Assembly (NCBI GenBank): GCA_963665235.2
Contig: CAXXLX010000001.1
Span: 3,712,001-3,776,000, forward strand
Source of the DNA: Candidatus Poribacteria bacterium
GTDB taxonomy: Bacteria > Poribacteria > WGA-4E > WGA-3G
Direction of reading: 5' to 3'
DNA: 64,000 nucleotides
Numbering within the stretch: position 1 is the stretch's first letter; every line of letters starts with the position of its first letter. The notes beneath the pieces are model-generated. The model did no database searches, was not told the DNA's origin, and was given only the letters and a program-made list of their open reading frames with translations. Made by a program: the position numbers and the translations under genes. Below are positions 1 through 9,812 of this stretch, piece after piece.

Positions 1-127
1 CCCAGCGGGGCGGTATCTTTATAGAAGCGCGAGGGCCAGACAAGCTAGCCCCAGCGGGGCGGTATCTTTATAGAAAACACAACAACACAACACAAGCTAG
101 CCCCAGCGGGGCGGTATCTTTATAGAA
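1..127 (+). repeat. Three copies of hairpin repeat TAGCCCC-AGC-GGGGC-GGTATCTTTATAGAA with ~20-nt linkers (array probably continues left of the window)
   Basis: Copies start at <1, 46 and 98 (period 49 and 52 bp). Confidence 0.9.
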
Positions 128-452
128 AACACAACACCCTAGCTCATAATCACAAACCTTCTATTGCTTAAAATCCGAGAAATCCGATAAATCGGAACGG
201 TCTCAAAAAGTAGGAGGCAGAACGATAAGAAAAGTAGGCAGAACTGATAAACGAAAAATCGGCGGTCGAAATGTCACAACTCATTTTTTTTGTGTTGTGA
301 AAAAGACGGGTCGAAAATGCTTCTAAACATAGACGGGGCGTGAGTTTGTGCGACTGCAGCACTGAGAAGTAAATGTTACACTTTGTGTCAAAAGTGTAAC
401 ATTTACACCGGTTTTGTACAAAAACTTTACACACCCAACTTTACACACCCAT

Positions 453-481
453 TTGACAATCAGAGAACAAACGTGTATAAT
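453..481 (+). promoter_or_regulatory. Consensus sigma70-type promoter
   Basis: TTGACA (453-458), 17 bp spacer, TATAAT (476-481). Confidence 0.7.
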
Positions 482-635
482 AACCCAAGTTGCTACTTAT
501 AAGTTTTTAGACCCGGAAACACCGTCTTTAATGAAAATATGCTGATAATTAGGCAATATTTGTAGCGTCCACTTTTAGTTTGCACACAAATATGCACAAT
601 CTGGAAGATTATGCTACTATGTGGCAACTTAGGTT
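482..635. mobile_element. MITE, AACCCAAGTTGC-TIR family, 5-bp TSD ATAAT
   Basis: Ends AACCCAAGTTGC / GCAACTTAGGTT; ATAAT at 477-481 and 636-640; homologous copy in the opposite orientation at 29060-29202. Confidence 0.85.
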
Positions 636-769
636 ATAATATAAATAGGATTTACAAAGCCTACTGTCTGTGTTTTCACACGGACGCTAGACAGAAAAAT
701 CTAAGAGCAGATTTTCGCATAAGTCTCATTGAAATTTAAATACTATCTACTAACAGAAGGAGTCAAAAG

Positions 770-1678
770 TTGAAAAACATTTTTTTATTTTTAATGCTGC
801 TCGTTGCCGGATTTGCAACGGTCAGCATAGTTGGCTGTGAAAAAGGTATAACTAAGCCGGTTGTGGATGGGATGAAACCTACAATGGATGACCCTGAAGC
901 ATATACAGTCGCTACAGTTGAAATGGCAATTGAGCGTTACAAAACCGAAGGTCGCGATGCCACCCTCGCCTACTATAACGACCCTATGAGCATCAATGGA
1001 CAGTGGTATGTCTTTATCGTTGATGATACCGATATTTTTGTAGCACACCCTGCGTTACCTACGTTAGTAGGGACAGATCTGAAAAACGTCGTTGGTGCTG
1101 ACGGTTATCCAATCGGGATAGAAATCGCCAAGGCGACAGAAGATGGACATTGGATTAACTATTTATGGCATAATCCAGCAGCGAACAAATTAGAGACAAA
1201 ACGTACGTGGGCCCTCCGGTATGATGGTTATATCTTCGGTTCCGGGCATTATGAACCGTGGAACCCCGACCCCGCTACACTTCCAGAGGTCTCCAAAGAT
1301 GATCCGGAGGCGTTTACAGTTGATTTTGTATACAAAGCAATTGCCCGTTATGAGTTTGAAGGGCTTGAAGCTGCGGTAGCTTACTACAACGACCCAGCGA
1401 GTATTGATGGTCAATGGTATGCGTCTATCACATCTCCAAACGATATTTTTCTTGCACACGCGCCAAGACCTGACCTCGTAGGGACAGACATCAAGGATGT
1501 TAAAGGCCTCGATGGTTCACCGCTCGGGGAAGAACTTGTCACAGCGACAGGCAGCGGAGCCTGGTTTGAATATGAGTGGGCCAATCCTGAAAGCGGCGAA
1601 GTAGAGCTGAAACGCGCGTGGGCAATTCGGCACGACGGTTACCTCTTCGGTGCCGGGTACTATACATTAGTCCCGTAG
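770..1678 (+). CDS. Lipoprotein with two tandem single-Cache (sCache_2-like) domains
   Basis: Signal peptide with VGC lipobox; duplicated DDPEA..YYNDP..GQWY..AH...LVGTD...W..Y.W.NP....E.KR.WA.R.DGY.FG.G motif. Confidence 0.8.
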   Translation: MKNIFLFLMLLVAGFATVSIVGCEKGITKPVVDGMKPTMDDPEAYTVATVEMAIERYKTEGRDATLAYYNDPMSINGQWYVFIVDDTDIFVAHPALPTLVGTDLKNVVGADGYPIGIEIAKATEDGHWINYLWHNPAANKLETKRTWALRYDGYIFGSGHYEPWNPDPATLPEVSKDDPEAFTVDFVYKAIARYEFEGLEAAVAYYNDPASIDGQWYASITSPNDIFLAHAPRPDLVGTDIKDVKGLDGSPLGEELVTATGSGAWFEYEWANPESGEVELKRAWAIRHDGYLFGAGYYTLVP

Positions 1679-2360
1679 GGACGATATATTTATAGAAGCG
1701 AAGGTTCAGGTCCCAGCGTAGTCCCGTAGGGACGATATATTTATAGAAGCGAAGGTTCAGGTCCCAGCGTAGTCCCGTAGGGACGATATATTTATAGAAG
1801 CGAAGGTTCAGGTCCCAGCGTAGTCCCGTAGGGACGATATATTTATAGAAGCGGAGGTTCAGGTCCCAGCGTAGTCCCGTAGGGACGATATATTTATAGA
1901 AGCGAAGGTTCAGGTCCCAGCGTAGTCCCGTAGGGACGATATATTTATAGAAGCGGAGGTTCAGGTCCCAGCGTAGTCCCGTAGGGACGATATATTTATA
2001 GAAGCGAAGGTTCAGGTCCCAGCGTAGTCCCGTAGGGACGATATATTTATAGAAGCGGAGGTTCAGGTCCCAGCGTAGTCCCGTAGGGACGATATATTTA
2101 TAGAAGCGAAGGTTCAGGTCCCAGCGTAGTCCCGTAGGGACGATATATTTATAGAAGCGAAGGTTCAGGTCCCAGCGTAGTCCCGTAGGGACGATATATT
2201 TATAGAAGCGGAGGTTCAGGTCCCAGCGTAGTCCCGTAGGGACGATATATTTATAGAAGCGAAGGTTCAGGTCCCAGCGTAGTCCCGTAGGGACGATATA
2301 TTTATAGAAAACACCGCCCCTAGACCGGACTAAACCCCGTAGGGGTGATATGTTTATAGA
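1668..2360 (+). repeat. Tandem array: 12 full 51-bp units, a 13th hairpin core and one variant core
   Basis: Unit TAGTCCCGTAGGGACGATATATTTATAGAAGCG(A/G)AGGTTCAGGTCCCAGCG; variant TAAACCCCGTAGGGGTGATATGTTTATAGA at 2331. Confidence 0.97.
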
Positions 2361-2408
2361 GGTTAGGGAAACCAACGGACATTTATTATCAAACTCACGT
2401 TCACACAA

Positions 2409-3473
2409 TTAATCCTGCACAAGGAGAGAACGAATTGCACGCGCGGCTGTTTCTGTATCCTGAAGTGGGACAGTAGAGACAGGTTCGCTAAGTGCTTCGG
2501 CAATATGCTGTTTTAATCCATCAAGTCCACAGCAGGTTACAATGCCGTGTTCCGCTAAATATTGATATACGTTGTCCCGTTTCGGCCGTCTCGCTTTCAC
2601 TTGTGACAACGTTAAGACAATCACCTTATGTCCACTGCTTGCCGCTTCACAGACCATAGAGAAGCTGTCAGCAGTGACGATAAGGAGGTCGCTTAAGGCA
2701 AGGATAGCTTGATACGGGTCGGCAAGTGCTGAAGGCGTGTCGGGGGTAATGAACAGCGGACACCACGCTGCATCTGTCAGTACTGCTGATAGGTATGCCG
2801 TGACATCAGGGGGTGTTCGGCGGGAAACTGTGACGAATAGTTGCGCGTTCATTTTTTTCGCGACCGCTACGCCAATTTCGTGCAGACGTTCGGCATCCTT
2901 TATGGTAATCGTCTCATGTCGATCTGTCCCGCCGAGGAGGACGCCGATGCGTGTGCAGTCCGGCAGGTTAAGCTCCTGTGTGAGCAGTTTCCGCTCGGCA
3001 TTCAACGGACCTGGCGAAATAGGGTTCGGCACGCCGATTGTTTTACATATTCTATTGCTACGTCTTGTGCTGTGCCACGACAGCATCGGGAGGATAGCAA
3101 GCTCGAAATGACGAATGCCTACCGGTGAAGGTCTGCGACAGGTGACGGTCTTAGCATGAAGCACTTTGCCCAAAAGGAGGTTGACCGCTGCTACAGATGA
3201 GCCGGTGGAAAGGATAACGTCAGCCGTGCGGATTTGTGAGATAGCATTGGACGCAGATTCGGTCAGGCTCCATCGGAGGAGCATGTAGATAAAGGGTGTA
3301 GGCAATGGCATGCCGCCGAAAATGCATATCAAAATGCGCAAGAGATTGTCGCGCCACTTCTGCCGGAATTCTATCTCAAGCCATTCCATTTGGCAGTCGG
3401 GCAATTTTTGGACAATACCGAGGGATTGCTTGTAATGTCCCGGTTTGTTGTCGCTTAAAACAATAACCTTCAT
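2409..3473 (-). CDS. ELM1/GtrOC1-family (mitochondrial fission ELM1-like) protein
   Basis: LSDNKPGHYKQSLG N-terminus, GVLLGG, SRRTP and VTADSFSMVCEAASSG motifs. Confidence 0.85.
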   Translation of the reverse strand: MKVIVLSDNKPGHYKQSLGIVQKLPDCQMEWLEIEFRQKWRDNLLRILICIFGGMPLPTPFIYMLLRWSLTESASNAISQIRTADVILSTGSSVAAVNLLLGKVLHAKTVTCRRPSPVGIRHFELAILPMLSWHSTRRSNRICKTIGVPNPISPGPLNAERKLLTQELNLPDCTRIGVLLGGTDRHETITIKDAERLHEIGVAVAKKMNAQLFVTVSRRTPPDVTAYLSAVLTDAAWCPLFITPDTPSALADPYQAILALSDLLIVTADSFSMVCEAASSGHKVIVLTLSQVKARRPKRDNVYQYLAEHGIVTCCGLDGLKQHIAEALSEPVSTVPLQDTETAARAIRSLLVQD

Positions 3474-4237
3474 TTTACCGTATAATCAATCAACGTTGTA
3501 ACCCCGCGTTCATCTTCCATTTTGACGATGCCGACATACGGCACAAACCATACTGTCTGACGCTGCACTGCTATTTCAGTTTTCTCGAAGACGAAATGGG
3601 CAATTTCTGTCTGATATTCAAGCTGATATGCATTCTCAAAGTTGCCAGCAGGCGTTTCAAGCGGTCCCTCGGCAACAACTGAGCCCTTAACACTAACCTG
3701 CACCTCAAAAGGTATATGGAGCAGACCCAAGTTTTGCAAGAAGATATGTCCCATGCGTTTCACATTGAGTGCCTCCCATTGACGATTACTGCTCAGCGGC
3801 TCCTGAAGAAAAACGAGGTCCGGGGCCGTGATTGGGTCTATAACAATTTCTAGAGTCAATCCCACAAATTCATCTTTCACGATTTTAGGAAGTTCATTCT
3901 GAATATAACGGTCTAGCTTTTCACCGACAGCGAAAAAAACCTCGTTTTGCGTAACGCGACACTGCTCAGGTTTCAGATAGTCCACTTCGGTTTCAGATAG
4001 TGGTGGACGGTAGACGAAAATCTTGTACTCCTCTCCCCGCAAGTCCAATTCCTTTGCAGTCTCCCGTGTCCATTGTGTCCCATCGGGATTTTGATAACCC
4101 CATCGGCTGCCGACAGCATCGGGAAAGTAGTTCGGCATCACCTCCACATCTGGCGGTGCTGTTTCATCAGAACCACAGCTATATAGCAGTAGCATGCTAC
4201 AGAGGATGAGAAAAGTTAACCGAATTTGATTCTTCAT
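3470..4237 (-). CDS. Hypothetical lipoprotein
   Basis: Signal peptide with LYSC lipobox; TPAGNF and WFVPYVGIVK motifs; AGAGG SD before ATG 4237. Confidence 0.7.
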   Translation of the reverse strand: MKNQIRLTFLILCSMLLLYSCGSDETAPPDVEVMPNYFPDAVGSRWGYQNPDGTQWTRETAKELDLRGEEYKIFVYRPPLSETEVDYLKPEQCRVTQNEVFFAVGEKLDRYIQNELPKIVKDEFVGLTLEIVIDPITAPDLVFLQEPLSSNRQWEALNVKRMGHIFLQNLGLLHIPFEVQVSVKGSVVAEGPLETPAGNFENAYQLEYQTEIAHFVFEKTEIAVQRQTVWFVPYVGIVKMEDERGVTTLIDYTVK

Positions 4238-4307
4238 GTTGCCTCTTGCCCATAAGCGGGGTTTCAAACCCGACTAACAGCTGAATATGCATCAAACGCA
4301 AACCTAC

Positions 4308-5636
4308 TTAGGCTATCCCGATATACCGTGCGACGAAGAGCGCAGCGAAGAAGTAGATGAGCGGGTGCAGCTCTTTTCTGCGTCCCGTGACCAACTTCAT
4401 AAACGCTATGGATATAAACCCGAAAGCAATCCCATGCGTAATACTGAACGCAAGCGGTGTCATCACCAAAGTCAGGGATGCGGGTATAGCTTCCGTGATA
4501 TCGTCCCAATCCACATGGATAAGCTCTTTGAGCATCAAGAAACCGACGATGATTAAAGCGGGAGCGATAACTGGGTAAAATGTATTTCCATCGATAACAT
4601 ATCCGGACCCAACAATTTCAACGACCGGATAAAAGAATAGGGCAAGCAGCATGAGAATCCCTGTGACAATAGAGGCAAGCCCAGTGCGTGCGCCTGCGGT
4701 AATACCTGACGCACTCTCAATGTAACACGTTACTGTGGAAGTGCCAAGGACAGCTCCGCCTGCTGACCCGATAGCATCGGACAGAAGTGCCTGTCGTGCT
4801 TTTGAGAGTTTTCCATCTTTAAGCAGCTCCGCCTTATGCCCGGTAGCTGTGAGTGTACCGATGCTATCGAACATATCTTGCGCGAAGAAGACAAATATCA
4901 CAGGAATCAATTCTTGCCGAGCGAAAATATTTGGAAATCGTAGTTCAAAAAGTGTCGGTAAGATGGAGGGCGGCATGGAGACTATGCCTTGATATTTGGT
5001 AAACCCAAGCGCAAGTGTCAAAGCCGCAGTCGCAAGGATGCCGATGATGATTGCTCCACGGACCTCCCTCGCCATGAGTATCAGTATCACGAGAATGCCG
5101 AAGAGCGAAAGCAGCACCGGCGGAGATGTGAAATTGCCGAGCGTTACAAATGTGGCAGGATGTGCCGTAATGATACCGCTCATCCGCAAACCGATAAAGG
5201 TGATAAAGATGCCAATTCCTACAGCAATTGCGTGATGAAGCGAGACCGGCAACGTGTTCATAATCGCCTCACGTAACCCTACAAACGATAGCAGAATGAA
5301 CAGGACACCAGATATGAAGACAATACCTAATGCCTCTGGCCACGCTACACCTATTAGGTCAGGGTTGCACACCTCAAAAACAAAATAGGCGTTAATTCCC
5401 ATCGCGGGGGCAAGCGCGACAGGATAGTTCGCGAGAAACGCTATCAGGAACGTTGCACCTGCACTGGAAAGACAGGTCGCAACCATCACTGCACCCTGAT
5501 TCATGCCGGCCACTGAAAGCATCGCTGGTTGGACAAAGATGATATAGCACATCGTCAGGAACGTTGTGCATCCCCCGATAATTTCTCGCTTGACTGTTGT
5601 CTCAAGTTCTTGTAAGCGAAATAGCTTTTCTAACAT
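4308..5636 (-). CDS. NCS2/AzgA-family purine permease
   Basis: TTVKREIIGGCTTFLTMCYIIFV, LAPAMGINAYF, YIESASGITAGARTGL; polytopic membrane protein. Confidence 0.93.
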   Translation of the reverse strand: MLEKLFRLQELETTVKREIIGGCTTFLTMCYIIFVQPAMLSVAGMNQGAVMVATCLSSAGATFLIAFLANYPVALAPAMGINAYFVFEVCNPDLIGVAWPEALGIVFISGVLFILLSFVGLREAIMNTLPVSLHHAIAVGIGIFITFIGLRMSGIITAHPATFVTLGNFTSPPVLLSLFGILVILILMAREVRGAIIIGILATAALTLALGFTKYQGIVSMPPSILPTLFELRFPNIFARQELIPVIFVFFAQDMFDSIGTLTATGHKAELLKDGKLSKARQALLSDAIGSAGGAVLGTSTVTCYIESASGITAGARTGLASIVTGILMLLALFFYPVVEIVGSGYVIDGNTFYPVIAPALIIVGFLMLKELIHVDWDDITEAIPASLTLVMTPLAFSITHGIAFGFISIAFMKLVTGRRKELHPLIYFFAALFVARYIGIA

Positions 5637-5865
5637 ATTTTTCTCTTCCTTTTCCGATTTTTTTAATTACAATTTGCACCTATCTTTCTATTATACACAG
5701 AAAACCCTAACTTTGTCAAGAACAAATTTAATCTACACTTTTCTAAAGTTTGGACAATTTTATGAGTTTACATTCGCGGTGTTGTCTGAATCGCGGATTA
5801 GCGCGGAGAACGCGGAGAACGCGGAGTGTCCGGTGCGTAACAATCCAAGCTTTGTGATTATAGGT

Positions 5866-5984
5866 TAGGGTGTTGTGTTTTCTATAAACATTCCGCCCTT
5901 AAGGAGCGGGCTGTTTGCCCGAATACTGGGGCTAGGTTGTGATGTGGTTGCGTTTTCTATAAACATTCTGCCCCTACGGGGCTG
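5866..5984 (-). repeat. Two reverse-strand hairpin-TTTATAG repeats, one interrupted by a 27-bp insertion
   Basis: TCTATAAACATTCCGCCC[TTAAGGAGCGGGCTGTTTGCCCGAATA]CTGGGGCTA and TCTATAAACATTCTGCCCCTACGGGGC. Confidence 0.75.
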
Positions 5985-6211
5985 CGCTTCCGCGCATTCG
6001 AGTCTATTTTCTACAAATTGGACTTGTGTGAGGAACTTAGAGAAAAATGAGAAATGCTTTGGAAATCGGGCATCAACCGGGCAGATATTGTCCAAACTAC
6101 AGTACACTTTTGCAATTTGTTTTGTTGCAAATTCCCCTATAATATGTTATACTTTAAGAAAATGGAAACGTAACTGGAAAACACATTCTGTCACTTTACG
6201 CGGAGAAACGC

Positions 6212-6855
6212 ATGGCATCGGTTGCAGTTCAGACGTATCTGACCCCCGAGCAATATCTCGCCTGGGAACGGAAGACAGATACCAAACATGAATACCTTTA
6301 TTGTAGCATAAACTTCCAGTTTGTGCTCTTTATTGTAGCATAAACTTCCAGTTTGTGTCTTCCGTTCTCCGTTTGATTTCTAACAACCGGTAATGATAGA
6401 ATAATTAATAAAAATGGTATAACAACCGCGCTTAACAACGAATTGGTCGGAAGCGATTGTATAGTTGTTGCAAGTGATATGCGTGTGCGGACTAGCCCGG
6501 ATACATCTTACTTCTATCCGGATGTCGTTGTCGTTTGTGGTGAACCACAATTTGAGGATAACTCCTTCGATGTGCTACTCAATCCGGTGCTTATCGTAGA
6601 AGTGCTCTCCCCCTCAACAGCAGATTACGACAGAGGTGAAAAATTTGAGCACTACAAGCAATTAATATCCTTGCAAGAATATATCATCGTTTCACAGAAT
6701 AGGGTTCACATTGAACACTATCTGCGCTTCGGGGGCGATGGGTATTAAACGAATTTCGTGCACCTGAAAATGTGCTCCCGCTCCCTTCAGTAGAAGGGGC
6801 ACTGGTTCTGCGGGACATCTACGCACGGGTCAAATTCCGTGAGAATTCACTATAG
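6212..6855 (+). pseudogene. Uma2-family endonuclease pseudogene
   Basis: MASVAVQTYLTPEQYLAWERKTDTKHEYL is broken at ~6296 by a 2x32-bp GTAG-hairpin repeat; core YPDVVVVC..VEVLSPST at 6443-6748; frameshift near 6730 before WVLNEFRAPENVLPLPS..DIYARVKF; intact paralog at 55443-56021. Confidence 0.85.
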
Positions 6856-6916
6856 GCACGGTGCCAGTTAGGTTGAAAAATTAGGTTAACTTCACAATTT
6901 AGATAGGAAAACATTT

Positions 6917-7972
6917 ATGCCGATTGTATCTCATGTTGTTTTAAGAGAGTTCGTATACGATATATATCGCGCCGCTGGTGGGACCGAAGAGGATGCACGT
7001 ATCGTTAGTGACCACGTCGTCGATTCTAATCTCGCTGGGCACGATTCCCACGGTGTCATCAACGCTCCGAACTACATCGGTGGCATGTCAGGTGGCCCAT
7101 CAGTAGACAAAATGGAAATTGTCCGGGAGAGTGGTGCAGCAACGGTTATCAATGTGAACGGGGCATTGGGGATGGTTGCAGCACGGAAAGCGATGGAGAT
7201 AGCCGTTGAGAAGGCACGTACCTGCACTATCGGTGCGGTCGGTTTACATCGGTGTGGGCATGCTGGCCGGATGGGTGAATATCCGCCTATTGCTGCACGT
7301 GCGGGGATGATTGGCATCGTCTTGTTGAATGGCGGCGGCCGGTTTATGCATCCGCATGGAGGTACGTCCCGAAGGTTACCTCCGAATCCGATTGCGATAT
7401 CGGTGCCTCGTGCGAACGGCAACCCGCTTCTGTTAGACATGACGCTCAGCGTAGTTGCCGGCGGAAAATTTCTCGTCCAAGAAGCACGTGGTGAACCCAT
7501 ACCGGAGGGATGGTTGATAGATGCAGCGGGCAACCCGGTCACCGATGCCGCTGCGTTTCGTGAACGGGGACAGGATACTGCTGTCATGCCCCTCGGTGGA
7601 TTTCAGTTCGGACACAAAGGCTTCGGACTCGGGGTGATGATAGACGCTATCGCTGGTGGGCTATCCTGGGCAGGATGCAGCAGTGAAAAACCAACGCGCG
7701 GCGCAAGCGGTATTGCAATGTTTGCTATTAACATCGAAGATTTTATTGACCTCGCCGATTATGAACAAGAAATTGAATATCTCGTCGAGTGGGTCAAGTC
7801 ATCAGCAAGGCTACCGGGGGTCGACGAAATTTATGTCCCCGGTGAATTTGAGGAACGGAGCCGAGAGAAACGTCTGAAGGAAGGTATACCGATTGAAGAA
7901 TCAACATGGCAGCGACTTGTTGACGCAGCGAAACGCCTCAACGTTGCTACACCGAACGAGGAGGAAAAATGA
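6917..7972 (+). CDS. Ldh_2-family oxidoreductase (malate/L-sulfolactate/hydroxycarboxylate dehydrogenase-like)
   Basis: NLAGHDSHGV, HAGRMGEY, NPIAI, GHKGFGL and VPGE motifs. Confidence 0.9.
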   Translation: MPIVSHVVLREFVYDIYRAAGGTEEDARIVSDHVVDSNLAGHDSHGVINAPNYIGGMSGGPSVDKMEIVRESGAATVINVNGALGMVAARKAMEIAVEKARTCTIGAVGLHRCGHAGRMGEYPPIAARAGMIGIVLLNGGGRFMHPHGGTSRRLPPNPIAISVPRANGNPLLLDMTLSVVAGGKFLVQEARGEPIPEGWLIDAAGNPVTDAAAFRERGQDTAVMPLGGFQFGHKGFGLGVMIDAIAGGLSWAGCSSEKPTRGASGIAMFAINIEDFIDLADYEQEIEYLVEWVKSSARLPGVDEIYVPGEFEERSREKRLKEGIPIEESTWQRLVDAAKRLNVATPNEEEK

Positions 7973-8580
7973 AAATCTTAACGAGTTTGTTCACCCTTCT
8001 GCTCATCAGTATCACAGGGTGTGCACTGCTAAACCAGCCGATAGATGAACTTGATTCATCACAACTAACCTGCGAAACTAACCCGCGCCTCGTAGATGGC
8101 GATTTGGAAACAGTCAGTGTTCTTACCGTGAACGGTCTCGTCCGAAAAGAGTATAAAATTTTCGAAGGCGGACGCAATGACCCTTTTCGCGAACAGCGGC
8201 AATATGTGACTGAACTTGAAGGCACGCTCCGAACCGAAGCCGTGATAAAACTAGACGCGCCGACCTATGTGTCCCATATTGTGCTTTATCCGGCATCGCG
8301 CATCCCCAAGTTGTCATTAGTGACAACAACGGTCGAGCCCCCACAGTTTAGTGTCTCATTTGAAGCTGTCCGAGACAAACAACACACGGATATAGAGAGC
8401 CTGAAACCGATTCGATTCAACATTGCACGAAAGGTGCTTTATTTACGCATTGGTGCAAACGCAATTGAGGATAAAAAGAATTCCATACGTGGTGAAAACG
8501 ACGCGATTGAAATACCGTTGAAAGGGGCTGAAATCCGCGAGATTAAATTTTACGTCCGAAAATCTGATGAACCGATGTGA
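7969..8580 (+). CDS. Hypothetical lipoprotein
   Basis: ITGC lipobox; GGAGG SD; 4-bp overlap with the upstream gene. Confidence 0.7.
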   Translation: MKILTSLFTLLLISITGCALLNQPIDELDSSQLTCETNPRLVDGDLETVSVLTVNGLVRKEYKIFEGGRNDPFREQRQYVTELEGTLRTEAVIKLDAPTYVSHIVLYPASRIPKLSLVTTTVEPPQFSVSFEAVRDKQHTDIESLKPIRFNIARKVLYLRIGANAIEDKKNSIRGENDAIEIPLKGAEIREIKFYVRKSDEPM

Positions 8581-8636
8581 GCGAGGCCCTAAAAAGACCG
8601 CAGCACCCCGCGGAAATTTGTATTCGATAAAACATA

Positions 8637-8666
8637 TTGACATATTTCTATAATATTAGGTATAAT
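8637..8666 (+). promoter_or_regulatory. Sigma70-type promoter, probably giving a leaderless mRNA
   Basis: TTGACA, 18 bp spacer, TATAAT; ATG only 5 nt downstream with no SD. Confidence 0.55.
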
Positions 8667-8671
8667 ACTTT

Positions 8672-9583
8672 ATGGCATATTATGATGAAATCATTAAACA
8701 CATTACGGGGAGGTTTCCCAATTCGTTAGCAGCGTTAGCCCTGGGGACATCAAAGATAAAGGTCCTAGGGCAGCTGAACACCGAGCACGTCACGGTTCGG
8801 AGGCATCACAGTGATATGACGTTTCGTATCCGGCTGGCTGATGAGGAGGCTATCCTACATATAGAGGCACAAACCGACGACAGCAGGCATAAACCGATGC
8901 ACCTCCGGATGCTGGCGTATTCGAGTTTTCTTGCCCTTGAACACGGTAAGAAAGTTTATTCAACGGTGTTCTATCTCCGTCCTCCTGCGGGTCAAAATGA
9001 CCTCGGTTTCTATAGCTATGGCAACGAAGAGCTGGGAGGTATATCGTTCCGGTACAACGTCATCCGTGTCTATGACCTGCCGGGTGAGGCGTTTTTAGAC
9101 CCTGCGGCTATAGGATTGCTCCCTTTCACAGCTTTGATGAAACCGCCCGCGGATATGACCCCTCAAGCTTGGGTTGAGAAGTGTATAGAGACGACCCAGG
9201 CAGCGGATGTCAGCCGAGAAATGCGGGCGAACCTTTTATTTGCACTCTCCCTTTTTGGGAGTTTAGTGCATCCGAACGAGCTTTTTCAAGACCCTAGATT
9301 GGAGGCAATCATGCAAGAATCTCCATTTTACGAACTGGTAATACAACGCGGCATCACACAAGGCGATGCACAAGGCTATCAACGCGGCATTGAACAAGGT
9401 GTGCGCGCCAAACAGGATGCTGTTATCAAGTTGCTGACGCACCAATTCCCGGAAATCTCTGATACCGTTGTAAATGAAATCCGACAAATCAAGGAATTCT
9501 CACGGCTTGATACACTCTTCGATCAGATACTCACCGCTAAAACCTTTGAGGATATCGAGCTCAACGGAAGTAGCACACAATAG
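8672..9583 (+). CDS. Rpn family (YhgA-like PD-(D/E)XK) nuclease
   Basis: SD..F...LHIEAQT, RMLAY, LLPFTALM; G.TQG/QGIEQG repeats and a DUF4351-like tail; internal GGAGG-ATG at 9301/9311. Confidence 0.85.
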   Translation: MAYYDEIIKHITGRFPNSLAALALGTSKIKVLGQLNTEHVTVRRHHSDMTFRIRLADEEAILHIEAQTDDSRHKPMHLRMLAYSSFLALEHGKKVYSTVFYLRPPAGQNDLGFYSYGNEELGGISFRYNVIRVYDLPGEAFLDPAAIGLLPFTALMKPPADMTPQAWVEKCIETTQAADVSREMRANLLFALSLFGSLVHPNELFQDPRLEAIMQESPFYELVIQRGITQGDAQGYQRGIEQGVRAKQDAVIKLLTHQFPEISDTVVNEIRQIKEFSRLDTLFDQILTAKTFEDIELNGSSTQ

Positions 9584-9587
9584 GCAT

Positions 9588-9709
9588 TAGACATTATAAT
9601 GATTTAATCGGAGTATGCAAGCAAAGATAGCGAGGTCTCCTGTCCCTATAAACAAGGGTTCAAATCGGGTGGGGAAACCCCGCCCCTACGCTGAACCGGC
9701 ATAATGTCT
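9588..9709. mobile_element. MITE, TAGACATTAT-TIR family, carrying GTAG-type REP hairpins
   Basis: Ends TAGACATTATAATGATTTAATC / GGCATAATGTCT; homologous to 43392-43570. Confidence 0.75.
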
Positions 9710-9812
9710 CTTAAATAATCTAAGTTGTCACCTTTGTAACATAGTCTACTGACTTTTTCTATAGAACCGTGTTAAGCTAAACACATTACATGTTTGGAGG
9801 ATTAAAACCCGA

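Noticed and set aside
1668-2360. CRISPR array
   Set aside because: Linkers are identical within the array, only ~21 nt long, and no cas genes are present; the same applies to 24546-24864
1539-2408. 289-aa ORF of 17-aa repeats
   Set aside because: Reverse-strand translation of the 51-bp array; sister arrays have 49-50-bp periods, so frame is not conserved
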